From Selaginella moellendorffii (taxonomy: Eukaryota; Plantae; Lycopodiophyta), in contig NW_003314348.1 in assembly GCF_000143415.4 (NCBI RefSeq), positions 222,932-286,931 on the forward strand: a stretch of 64,000 bases of DNA, written 5' to 3'. Both the position numbers and the translations under genes were made by a program. Shown one piece after another: positions 24,280 to 35,233 of the stretch (position 1 is the stretch's first letter; every line of letters starts with the position of its first letter). The notes below the pieces were generated by a model. It was not told the origin of the DNA. It did not search any database and was given only the letters and a program-made list of their open reading frames with translations.

Positions 24280-25164
24280 AGCCAGGAAGAACACGAGCTT
24301 GCTGTCATTCTTCCGAGAACTCCGGAGGGCCCGAGGAAGAAGAACACATGATAGAAGCAATGGATTTAAGAGGAAGACAAGCCAGGGATTGGATGAGGGA
24401 TGTGTATATCCCTTGGAAGTCAAGCACCACTTTCCAGGATCGATCTAGAGGGAGCCCAGAGAACTTTTCTCACTTAAAAAACCAGGGAACTTGACTTGGA
24501 AGAAAGAAGAGAATGACGAATTTCTTGGAAGAACAACCAAAACAACCTTGGAAGACGAAGAAGAATCGATCTCGATGTCGCGCAATTGTTGTTGCTGTTC
24601 GTGTGTTGGTGGCAGCCTACCCCTGAATGCGACAATCTCTGGCACCCCCACGCAGCTTTTTGCAGTGACAGAACACACACCCTGCTAAGTTAGATAGATC
24701 TCGCCCCTTTGCTTGGCAATTTAGGATGGATCGATCTATCTCTCGGTCGATCGATCGCGTCGCCGGCAAACCAACAGCAGCAGCAGCAGTGAGCCCACTT
24801 GGATCTGGCAGGATCCCAATTGCCAGCTCAAAGCAATCCAAATTGTGATCGAGCAGCATAAAAACAAGAGTCCCCCCTGTCAAAATCGCGGAGTTTTCTT
24901 TTCGATGATCATGTGATCATACCAAATGCCGCTGGAGGGCATTTGCCTAGTCGGGATTTTTTTATCATCTGTATGATTGACTGCCGGTTTTAGTTCTCCT
25001 CCGTGACGTCGATGCGCACCAGCAAGCATGTTGAGAACATTCTTGATTGATCAAATCATGGCTAAAAACTATTGCAAATTCAGGACTCCGGGGGATCTAG
25101 CTACCAACGATGTTCTTATTGTAAATTTTACCGTAGTGATCGAAAAGCTATCTATCCATCCTTC

Positions 25165-25474
25165 CTAGACCTGTATGGACGAAATATCACAAAACAAGGC
25201 CACAAGAACAAGACAATGATTGCGCGCTTACATTGAAACCCTCCTCTCGCAGGCACCGGAGATGGACATCGATCCACTTGCCGCAAGCGTCCTCGCCGTG
25301 CTCGGCAATGCATTCGTCCCGCAATTTCTTGGTATCAGGGCAAGCGCAGCAAATCTTCTTTTTTGGAGCCGCCGCTCCAGCTCCGCCCGATCCAGCTGCC
25401 GCCGCCGGAGCCGCTGCTCCAGCTGCTGGCTCCGCCAGCGCTCCCGGCGATCGCTCAACTATCTCCTGCTTCAT
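25165..25474 (-). CDS. COX17: Cytochrome c oxidase copper chaperone
   Basis: PKKKICCACPDTKKLRDECIAEHGEDACGKWIDVHLRCLREEGFN, with the last codon V* on a small exon after a GT-AG intron. Confidence 0.95.
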
Positions 25475-25848
25475 CTTGCCCTAATTTCCCAAGGGTATAA
25501 CGTTGGTACATTCTTTAGTTCCCAAGGTATATTCGTTGCCCTAAAACCCAAAAACCCTATCCCACGAGCCGGAGCATAAAATCGTGCCACCATTTCTTTA
25601 AGAAGGGCGAGGAGGGCTCTTTACACTTACCCGTCCCTGCCGAGGGTGAGGCGACAGGTTTATGACCGTATGGGATGACCTGTCGTGCTGACTTTTTTGT
25701 ATGGACACATCGTATGTGGGAATCACAGCAGTCTTTTACTTGAAAGGCTGCTTCTCACTAATTTTTGGAGCCTCGTAATGGGGCACACAAAAATCTCCAC
25801 TACAAAACCCTAACGTGCCACGTCACATTTTTCTAAATTGCCACGTCT

Positions 25849-27882
25849 TCACTCGTTAATGTTGATGTTCCTCAGGAGCACGTATGGATCGGAGGTTCCC
25901 GGATCGAGTCTCTCGGCAGCCCGAGCCGCCAGCGTGGCCTCGCTGTGGATCTGGCACGAGCCAACGATGGAGCGCCACGTGGCGGGATCCGGCGGGAAGG
26001 GCATCCCGTCCGCCAGCTCCTGGGCCTCGGCGAGCTTGCCCGCGCGGCCCAGGATGTCGACCATGCACACGTAGTGCTCCGGAATGGGGGTGATCCAATG
26101 GTCGCGGATCATCGAGAAGAAGTAATCCCTGGCCATGTCTAGCAGACCCAAGTGGCTGCAAGCCGTGAGCGTTGCCACAAACACCACATCATTTGCTCCA
26201 ATCCCAAAGCCTTGCATTTCGTGAAATAGTGATATCGCCTCCGCGGCATGCCCTTCCAGAGCATACGCCCCAATCAATGTGTTCCAGGACACAAGGCCTG
26301 GCTCTGGCATCTTTTCAAAGATCCCCCTGGCATCAAAAAGATGCCCGTTCCTGGCATATGCCGCGAGAAGATTGTTCCACGCCCAAACATCGTGTCTGGG
26401 CATGGCATCGAACACAATCTTCGCCGTTTTGGTTTGGCCGACGTGTCCGTACGTTGCGGCCAGCGACGTCCACGCGGATATCCCCCGCCCGGTGAGAAGA
26501 TTAAACATAATCTGGCTCTCCTCTACGTGACCAGCCCGGGCATATGCTTGGAACAATGCATTATACGGCACGAACTCAAAGTACGGCATTCGCTCCAGCA
26601 GAATCTTTGCCTCTGTGAGGCATCCGTGCAAGGAATATCCCACCACCATGGCGTTCCAAGACAGAAGCTCTCGCTTTGGGACCGAATCAAACAGGGACTT
26701 TGCGCGAGAGAAATCCCCTCGCACGGCATTTGCAGTGATTGTGGTGTTCCAAGTTACCACGTCCCGCTCGGGAATCTTCTCAAACACCTGTTGGGCGAGA
26801 GCCAAGTGCCCGGCCATTCCGTACGCCGTGAGAACACAGTTCCACGATACTAGCGTCCTCTCGGGCATCTCATCGAAGACCATCTTCGAGGCCGCGGCGT
26901 CCTCGTTGTGTGGAATCAAGGCATTCCAGGAGGCAACGTTCCACTGCGGCATTCGATCAAAGACCTCGCCACTCTCGCGGGCCTGCCCCTCCTGCGCGTA
27001 CCCAGTGAGGAGCGCGTTCCAGGATCCCAGATTTCTTTCAGGGATTCGCGCGAAGAACTCTCTCGCTTCGCCCGGCAATCCACTCGCGGCAAACGTCCCA
27101 ATGACGCTGTTCCATGTCACGAGATTGTGCGCGGGCATTCGCTGGAACATTGCCAGCGAGCCGTGGATTTGCCCAGCCTCGGCAATTGCTGCGACCATCG
27201 TCGTCCAGGACGCCACATCCTTGATCCTCATCGCGTGGAACGCAACCTCGGCGCCGCGGAGATCGCCCGCCGCGATGTGAGCATTGAGCATCGCATTGGA
27301 GGCAAACACATCCGGATCCTCCATCTCGTCGAAGATCTTCCTGGCACGACCGACATGCCCATGCCGGGAATACGCCGTGAGGATGGTGTTGATCGAGAAC
27401 TCGTTGCGCTGCGGCATCCGGTCGAAGAGATCCGCCGCGCGATCCAGCCTCTCCCCGATCGCCAGCGCCCCCAGCATGATGTTCCATGAGAACTGGTTCC
27501 TGCCCTGGATTCCATCGAAGATTTCCTGCGCGGTCTCGAGGCTCCCGCACATCCCATACATCCGCACGAGGAGATTCGAGAGATAGACACTGCGGCGGAG
27601 CTCCGGAGAGCACCAGATCTGTGCGTGGAGAAGCCTGCCCTGGTGGAGATCCTGGGCGGAGGCGCAGTGCTGGAGGAGACGGCCCCATGAGCGAAGATTA
27701 GGGCACTCCAGTGTCAGCCCAGAAAGAGTACGGAGCTGGCGGACATAGCTATTTGGCCATCGTGGCGGATAAATCCATCGTGTCAAGAACCCTAAAAAGC
27801 AGCGGCGGCCGCGCGAGAAAGATCCCGAGGTATGTCTTTCGATCCCACATTTTGGGTCTGCAAGACCAAATCTCGCCCGCAT
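25849..27882 (-). CDS. PLS-class PPR protein with long run of 31-aa SS motifs and truncated E domain, no DYW
   Basis: Tandem short motifs (FDRMPQRNEFS, MPERTLVSWN, IPERDVVTWN), then EHYVCMVDILGRAGKLAEA..MPFPPDPATWRSIVGSC. The start codon is uncertain. Confidence 0.9.
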   Translation of the reverse strand: MRARFGLADPKCGIERHTSGSFSRGRRCFLGFLTRWIYPPRWPNSYVRQLRTLSGLTLECPNLRSWGRLLQHCASAQDLHQGRLLHAQIWCSPELRRSVYLSNLLVRMYGMCGSLETAQEIFDGIQGRNQFSWNIMLGALAIGERLDRAADLFDRMPQRNEFSINTILTAYSRHGHVGRARKIFDEMEDPDVFASNAMLNAHIAAGDLRGAEVAFHAMRIKDVASWTTMVAAIAEAGQIHGSLAMFQRMPAHNLVTWNSVIGTFAASGLPGEAREFFARIPERNLGSWNALLTGYAQEGQARESGEVFDRMPQWNVASWNALIPHNEDAAASKMVFDEMPERTLVSWNCVLTAYGMAGHLALAQQVFEKIPERDVVTWNTTITANAVRGDFSRAKSLFDSVPKRELLSWNAMVVGYSLHGCLTEAKILLERMPYFEFVPYNALFQAYARAGHVEESQIMFNLLTGRGISAWTSLAATYGHVGQTKTAKIVFDAMPRHDVWAWNNLLAAYARNGHLFDARGIFEKMPEPGLVSWNTLIGAYALEGHAAEAISLFHEMQGFGIGANDVVFVATLTACSHLGLLDMARDYFFSMIRDHWITPIPEHYVCMVDILGRAGKLAEAQELADGMPFPPDPATWRSIVGSCQIHSEATLAARAAERLDPGTSDPYVLLRNININE

Positions 27883-28180
27883 TCAGTCCAGATCTCGCGA
27901 TTTTCTGTTTTTTTTTTTGCTCAAATTGTAGCTAGCATTTCATTAGCTCTGAGCTTCTCGCGAATGAGTTCTTCGCATTTCTCAACTAGTTTCTTTCAGT
28001 TCTTCGCCCTCTTTTCATCCGTTTTGATGTAGATTTCCAGATTCTCGGTTGTTCTTAGAAGACTTCTTCGTGACAGCTCTAGTCATATTCGTATCAGCTT
28101 CTTGTTCTAAAGATTTCGTCAAGTGTTCTTCGCCTGACTTCCTTCGTCCTTCGATTTCGTCACAGAGACGAGCTTGTTTG

Positions 28181-28573
28181 ATGGCAACCAGCGCGCAGCT
28201 TCCAGCGGACGAACACATGACTCGCGAGGACCACCGCTGCTCCCCGCCGCGAGCCGCGAACCACGCGCACCTCAAGAACCTCAAGAAGGGCGTGGAGCGC
28301 AAGGACCGCCACCCTTCCACCGGGATCAATCCCTCGCCTAAGAAATCTGGCCGCGGGGGGCGATTCACCTGGGAGGGCTCCTCCCACGCCGACGACTACG
28401 CCGCCAGTTACGATGACAACAACGCGCTGGACAAGAACGATCCAAACTACGTCGACGAGGAGGAGGAAGAAATCCATGCCGCGGCCGAGATCGAGGGGAA
28501 AAAGGAGTGCGCAGACGCTCCTCCCAAAGCTGCTCCAGATGCTACCACTACCACTGTTGCTGCCACAGCCTGA
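28181..28573 (+). CDS. Small 130-aa hydrophilic protein carrying a PDCD4/MRF N-terminal-like motif, no MA3 domain
   Basis: KDRHPSTGINPSPKKSGRGGRFTWEG..ALDKNDPNYVDEEEE. GC-rich coding-like composition, preceded by a 5'UTR-type intron (GTATGT at 27830 to CACAG at 28165). Confidence 0.8.
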   Translation: MATSAQLPADEHMTREDHRCSPPRAANHAHLKNLKKGVERKDRHPSTGINPSPKKSGRGGRFTWEGSSHADDYAASYDDNNALDKNDPNYVDEEEEEIHAAAEIEGKKECADAPPKAAPDATTTTVAATA

Positions 28574-28749
28574 CGATCAAGATCAAGTCAATAACTAGCA
28601 GCAAGTCTCGGACAAATCATGTAAATAGAAGATCAAAGCATTCTCGAACTAAAGGGTTTGATGCTTCTTGGTTGTAAAGATTGTAACAAGTCTGTAGAGT
28701 TTAAGATCTATGGTGCAATTGCCACTGATCAGGTGGCCATGGCCAACAG

Positions 28750-29481
28750 CCCCGAGACAAATGCGATAGTTAGCGTTTAGGGGTTAAACTCGGGGTTAAA
28801 CTCGGTGATGATGCGAGATACACGTAGAGAAAAGAAGAGATAAAAGATAAAACTAACAGGATCATGGCACTTCATAGATATGGCTCTGGATTTAACGACA
28901 TGAAAGACGTGACAGCAATCGACTTAAAGTATTTCCTCAGGCTGGATTATAGTCTTGCTAGAGAGGTGGACCTTTGGCCAGAGTTACCGAGTTGCTTCAG
29001 GTTAAGTTTTTTCTTGTCTAAAAGTTCTTGAATCAAAATTGATACAACAGGGAAGTGATGAAAGAGTACCATGACCAGGTCTCAGCCTTTGGACACTGCT
29101 TGCTCGACAATATTTCCAAGGGCCTTGGCCTGGATAATAGTTACGATCCTAACGTAATGGGCGAGAAGATCATATGCATCATGAACTACTATCTTCCATA
29201 CCACACACCGGAGCTCGTCAATTAGAGGTAAATTTCCTTTTTTCTCAATACCAATCTAAGTTTCCAGATAATGACGAATGCAAAAATATAAGAGCGCCGA
29301 GCACCGAGTTCGAGCACACCCTGAGAAGTCGCGATTGTCCGTGGTTGCGTTTTTTGGGCCTGGAATGGACACAGTGGTCGGTCCCCTGCCAGAGATGGTA
29401 ACCGAAGAAAATCCTCCTCTATACAGGGAATGCGTTCCAAGCCGCTCGATGGCAAGAGGTGCTTGCACTATGTTAAAGTAG
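28750..29481 (+). pseudogene. 2-oxoglutarate/Fe(II) dioxygenase pseudogene fragment, copy 1
   Basis: LWPELPSCFR/EVMKEYHDQVSAFGHCLLDNISKGLGL..IMNYYLPYHTPELV, then KSAEHRVRAHPEKSRLSVVAFFGP..EENPPLYRE. The HxD-containing segment is missing. Confidence 0.8.
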
Positions 29482-29925
29482 ATCATGGCGCTGAAGTTTG
29501 AGAAGAACAATGCATGAACGTGTAATAATTTGTCTTCTCTGAAGTTGGAGTTTGTGTGAGAAAAATAAAGACCTTGTGTGCTCTACATGCATATAATAAT
29601 ACATGGTTTTGGGGTTTTCTAGCGCCCATGTAAAGGCACAAGACCTCTTGGATGGAACAAGAGGGATCATCTCTAATAATCTACCTCCTACACTACCTCT
29701 TTGCCCACCTCTCTTACATATTGTTCTAAAACATTTGGTGGTGAATTGCTATGTGAACGATGCCATATTTTGCGATGTACAGGTTTAAAAGTGGAAGTGT
29801 GCTTTCCTGGTGAAACTTTTCTCCATAAAAGCTACCCCAGCTCTTGCGAAGTTCCCGGGTGGCACCCCAGCAGCGGCACTCCTTTCGAAGAAGTAAACAA
29901 TGTGAAGTCCATCTTATGTATGTAA

Positions 29926-30006
29926 GTCAGGATGGCCGAGCTGGTCTAAGGCGCTAGTTTCAGGTACTAGTCCGCAAGGGCATGGGTTCGAATCCCATTC
30001 CTGACA
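29926..30006 (+). tRNA. tRNA-Leu (anticodon CAG)
   Basis: GTCAGGATGGCCGAGCTGGTCTAAGGCG CTAGT-TTCAGGT-ACTAG TCCGCAAGGGCATGGGTTCGAATCCCATTCCTGACA, with long variable arm and downstream T-run. Confidence 0.95.
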
Positions 30007-30298
30007 GTATACATTTTTCAAGCTCAAACTCCTGCGCTGGAGCCTCTGGAACTTGGGCTTGAACTTGAACCTCCGTGTGGTCATTTTAGATTCCGCCAAA
30101 AAACTTCGGTACTTCAGTTTAAGAATAATCGTTGTTAAGTCTTGAGCTTCCTCGTCTTTGGACGAGTTCGACGAAAATGTTCTCTTCTGTTTATTTATTT
30201 ATTGTGACGCCACTTTCGCGACTCCCTCTTAAACACATCCTCAAATTTTTTCACTACGGTGTGGGAGAAGAGAATCATCTCCAAGATCTTAAAGAAGG

Positions 30299-31420
30299 AT
30301 GTGCAAGATAGATTTCAAGAAAGAGCTTGCGAATCTTGATGATTTTCAAGTTCCTATAATTGATTTCTCTGGTGATCCCATGTATATAGAAGATGCTATA
30401 GCTTCAGCTTGCCAGGAATGGGGATTTTTCCAGGAGGGGAAATGGTTATTCGTTTTATCTCTTCGTGTTCTGGCAATAAATCACGGGGTTCCAATTGTTA
30501 GTATGCAAAATGTCCTCGATTTAGCCAAAGAGATTTTCAATCAGCCATCAGAGGAGTACAATTTCCTGGGGAATAAACTCAGTGATAATGATCCTTCTAA
30601 AGCATACAGGTAGAGAAAAGAAAAGATAAAACTAACAATATCATGGCTTTGCAATAGATATGGCCCTGGATTGAACAGCAGGAGAGACACGAAAGCAATC
30701 GACTTAAAGTATTACCTCATGCTGGACTATAGTCTTGCTCGAGAGGTGGACCTTTGGCCAGAGTCACGGAGGTAGGAAAGTTTGGAGATAACATGAGAGC
30801 ATATTTCTTCCTGTTTATAACAATGCCGTGCAAACAGTCTTCCTACACAAACTTCCAACTTCTTTGAAGACAAATTGTTATATGCTCGCTTTAGTTTTGC
30901 ATAGAGCTGGGTCAAATAGTCTTTGGTGACGCATTCCCTGTAGAGAGGAGGATTTTCCTCGCTTACCATCTCGGGCAGGGGACCAACCACTAAAGAAAAC
31001 CACCACGAGTCGCGACTTCTCTGGGTGTGCTCGGACTCGGTGCTCGGCGCTCTTATACTTTGCATTCGCTTAGCAATGTTATTGGGAGAAAAAGAACGAA
31101 ACCTACCTGTAATTGATCAGCAATGTTGACAACAAAGGCGTCTTTCACTGGCTCTACCGCAAACCAGCGACCATCTTTGCAAACTTCCAATCCCCCCGTC
31201 GTCTTGGAGGAGGATGCTCATGGCACGGGCCTTGACGAGCTCGGGTTTGTGGTATGGAAGGCAGTAATTCATGAACTTGGTAAAATCGTAAATATTCTCC
31301 AAGCCAAGGCCTTTGGAGATAATATCAAGCAAGCAGTGTCCAAAGGCTGAAACCTGGTCGTGGTACTCTTTCATCACTTCCCTTCGATTTTGGTTCAAGA
31401 ACGTTTAGTCCAGAAAAAAC
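30299..31420. pseudogene. 2OG-Fe(II) dioxygenase pseudogene, copy 2: 5' half on + (30299-30770), 3' half inverted on - (about 30780-31420)
   Basis: + strand QVPIIDFS..IASACQEWGFFQ..INHGVP (DIOX_N). - strand EVMKEYHDQVSAFGHCLLDIISKGLGL, VCKDGRWFAVEPVKDAFVVNIADQLQ, GPLPEMVSEENPPLYRE. Contains frameshifts. Confidence 0.82.
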
Positions 31421-32090
31421 TTTTTAGAAGAACTAACATATGCGAGATCGATATTTATCATGACGAGAGAAATTTCTTGTGTAAATAAATCCATAAAACT
31501 TTGGGCTTTAAGACAGTCCATTTCCTCTTGTGAAATATCTGCTACTGGCAAAAGAGTTTGTAGAGCAGGGTATTTGTGTAATTTCGCTATGAGACATCAT
31601 TTCTTTCGTGTATAACTGATCATCACATCTATTGTCTCGAGACTCATGTCGATAAAGGTCTAATTAAAGAAAATATATGCTTGGAATATACTAAGGGCGG
31701 TTGTTACTTGCTTCCTTTTTGAAATATCCACCTGTTTTCATGTATGAACTTTTTTCTTAATAAATTCTATTATCTGCTGTTTTGGCAGCGCTTAACACCT
31801 TTGAATTTGATGCTTCTCCCACTGATCAGGTGGGGATCCACAAAGCCTAGTTAGCCTAACCGCACTACTGATCTAACCTAACCCGAGTTAGTGCTAGTTA
31901 TATACCTTTTTTTGTGGCATAATCCCGAGCTTTGGCATGTGGGATAATATAAAATACGAATACGCGAATATTCCAGTGGCTTTATTTGGGGAATTGCGAG
32001 ATTCGAACTCCCGACCTCATGCACTGGTACTTGAGGGTTTATTTGTCGGACCGATGACAACGATGGGAGTGACCTCACTCTTGTAGATCA

Positions 32091-34944
32091 ATGCGCAAAG
32101 CCATGGCGCTCTCTTCGTCCATCGCGCTCTGCCTAGCCCTGTGGATGATCGCCGCCGTGTCTCGGGAATACAGAGTCTTGTCCGTGATCGAGCAGGCCAA
32201 TGCCGGCGGCGGGAGCGCGATCCTGGTGGAGATCGCGGACAGGATCGACGATTTCGGCCCCGACATTGGGCGCCTTCTCATCAGCGTCAGGTGATTTTCG
32301 ATCCATCGGTTGCTTTCTTGGAGATTGGTTGATTTTCCCCCTTCTTTCTTGAATTTCCCAGCTATGAGACCGACGAGCGCTTGCATCTGATGATCACGGA
32401 CGCCGATAGCCCTCGCTGGGAGATCCCATTCCAGCTGATACCGCGATCGATGGACGGCAACAGCAGCAGCGCCAGATTTTCCCAGGAAGTTCGCAAGATC
32501 ACGTCGCCCAAGCTCCAGCTCTCCTACACGGTGAATCCATTCAGCTTTACGGTCACTCGGGTCTCGAACGGGGAAATTCTCTTCGACTCGCCATCGTCGT
32601 CGAGTTTCGTGTTTAAAGATCAATATCTAGAGATATCAACGAGGATTCCAGCCCAGGCAGCGCTCTATGGGCTCGGGGAGAGCACTCGCAGCGATGGCTT
32701 TCGGATTCTTCCAAACTCGACTTACACACTCTGGGCAGCTGATACAGGTGCCGACAACACGGACGTAAATCTATATGGATCGCATCCTTTCTATATGGAC
32801 GTGAGAAGCGGAGGACAAGCTTATGGTGTTCTTCTTCTCAACAGCAATGGCATGGACGTGAACTATGAGGGAGAGTTTTTGACGTACAAAGTTCTTGGAG
32901 GTGTGTTTGATTTCTATTTCTTCGCTGGGCCGTCTCCCCTCTCCGTCGTCCAGCAGTACACAGCACTTGTTGGAAAACCAGCAGCGATGCCATATTGGTC
33001 GCTCGGTAAGCTCTCCAGTTTTTTCCTTCGATCACTTTGATCACCATCTTGATCTTGCAGGATTCCACCAGTGTCGATGGGGATACAAGAACGTATCTCA
33101 GGTCGAGCATGTTGTTGCCGAGTACAAGAAGGCGAATTTGCCTCTGGAAGTTATGTGGAACGATATAGATCACATGGACGTGTATAAGGACTTCACTCTG
33201 GATCCTGTAAATTATCCTGCTGAACAGCTGCGAGCGTTTGTGGAGAAACTCCACAAGAACGGCCAACGATATGTTCTTATTGTAGATCCTGGTAAGTTGC
33301 TTGTCTCACGCTTAAATTTGTTGATAGATCTTCCTTTTGACAGGACTCAAACCGGAGAAAAATTACGAGACTTACAGACGGGCCAAGGAAATGGATGTTT
33401 TTATCAAGGACGTGCAAGGCAAACCATATCTCGGTCAGGTTTGGCCCGGGCCTGTGCATTTCCCGGACTTCCTCCATCCAAGAGCTCTAGAGTTTTGGAC
33501 AGGAGAGGTCTCCAGATTTCACAAGGAGGTTCCATTTGATGGTCTCTGGATTGATATGAACGAGGCCTCAAATTTTTGCCAGGGAGTTACGTGCACCTTA
33601 CCAGCCAACGTTACGTGTCCGATCCCCGGTTCCTTCACTCAGTGCTGCCTGGTTTGCAGCAACGACCTCGCTACAAAGTGGGACAATCCACCTTACGCCA
33701 TCAACAATGCTGGCACTCACAGAAGCCTGGGTGGAAAGACTATACCGACGAGCGCTACGCACTACAATGGGACTTTAGAGTACAACGCTCACAATCTCTA
33801 CGGGCTTGCTGAGGCCATCGTGATCAACAGTGCTCTCAAGACAGTCGTGAAGAAGAGGCCGTTCGTGCTCTCGAGGTCCACCTTTGCTGGAAGTGGCCGA
33901 GTCACTGCTCACTGGCTGGGTGATAACCGGGCGTCTTGGAACGACTTGAAGTACTCCATCTCCGGCATCTTAGGCGCGGGGCTGGCTGGAATTCCCATGG
34001 TGGGAGCGGACATCTGTGGCTTCTCAGGCAACACTACCGAGGAGCTTTGCAACCGGTGGATACAGTTGGGAGCATTCTATCCGTTCTCGAGGGACCACAA
34101 CGATTTTTTCAGCAGTCCACAGGAGCTCTTTGTGTGGAAGTCAGTGACTCGATCGGCAAGGAAGGCACTGGAGCTTCGCTACAAGCTCCTCCCATACTTG
34201 TACACTCTTTCCTTCGAGGCACACACACTGGGCTCGCCGGTAGCAAGGCCGCTGTTCTTCACGTTTCCAAACGATCGGGCCACCCTCGACATTGACAAGC
34301 AGTTCCTTCTCGGCCGCGGCGTTCTCATCTCTCCAGTGTTAACTCCCAACGCCACCACCGTCAAGGCATACTTTCCTCAAGGCACTTGGTACAGCCTCTT
34401 CGACTACACGAAGTACGTGACATCTCCCTCGGGGTCTTACCAGCAGCTGGACGCTCCCTGGGACACGATCAACGTTCACGTCCACGAAGGCTCTATCATC
34501 CCCATGCAAGAGTTCGCGCTGACAACAAGGCTGGCTCGCAAGACTCCCTTCACTCTGGTGGTGGCCTTCTCTTCCACGGACAGCGAGAATTCGACGGCGT
34601 CGGGAGAGCTTTTCCTGGACGACGACGACGCGCTGGAGATGAAATTGGCAGAAGGAAAGTCGAGCTTCATTAAATTCGCGGCTTCCTCGAGTGGATCAAG
34701 TGGCGGGAAAGTGTTAGTGAAAGCGTCCGTGGCGCACGGAGACTTTGTGAAACGCCAAAGCCTCGAGCTCCACAGGGTGGTGGTTCTAGGTGGAAGACAG
34801 AGTACGAGCCAACCACGAAAGGTGCTCGTCAATGGGAAAAATCCATCCGAGAGCGTCACAGCAAAAGTGTTTCAAACTGGAGTGGAGATTTCTGGACTTT
34901 CTCTGCCGCTAGGCAGCGATTTCCAGCTCTCCCTCGAATTATGA
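32091..34944 (+). CDS. Glycoside hydrolase family 31 (alpha-glucosidase/alpha-xylosidase), copy 1, 4 exons
   Basis: Signal peptide; [10 protein letters not shown]; [10 protein letters not shown]; GFHQCRWGY; nucleophile [13 protein letters not shown]; HWLGDN; GADICGF. The Cys-rich insert after SNF resembles XYL1-type enzymes. Confidence 0.95.
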
Positions 34945-34974
34945 CAGAGGGACTTTTGGCAAAAGCTTTGCGAC

Positions 34975-35162
34975 AACGATGTTGTACGAAGTTCTAGACT
35001 TTCAACCAAAAGAAAGATAGACAATGACTATGAGATCACGAACGATGTTGTACGGAGTTCTAGACTTTCAACCAAAAGAAAGATAGACAATGACTATGAG
35101 ATCACGAACGATGTTGTACGGAGTTCTAGACTTTCAACCAAAAAGATGACTCTGAGATCACG
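34975..35162 (+). repeat. Tandem repeat, 66-bp unit x about 2.8
   Basis: AACGATGTTGTACG(A/G)AGTTCTAGACTTTCAACCAAAAGAAAGATAGACAATGACTATGAGATCACG starting at 34975, 35041 and 35107 (third copy internally deleted). Confidence 0.95.
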
Positions 35163-35233
35163 GATTCTATCACGTAGAAACTTTGGTGATAAATATATAA
35201 GTTTCTTGATCTTCGAGAGGCTCAACAGCGGCC

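Noticed and set aside
34975-35162. Possible CRISPR-like array
   Set aside because: Contiguous tandem units with no unique spacers, eukaryotic context, no cas genes.
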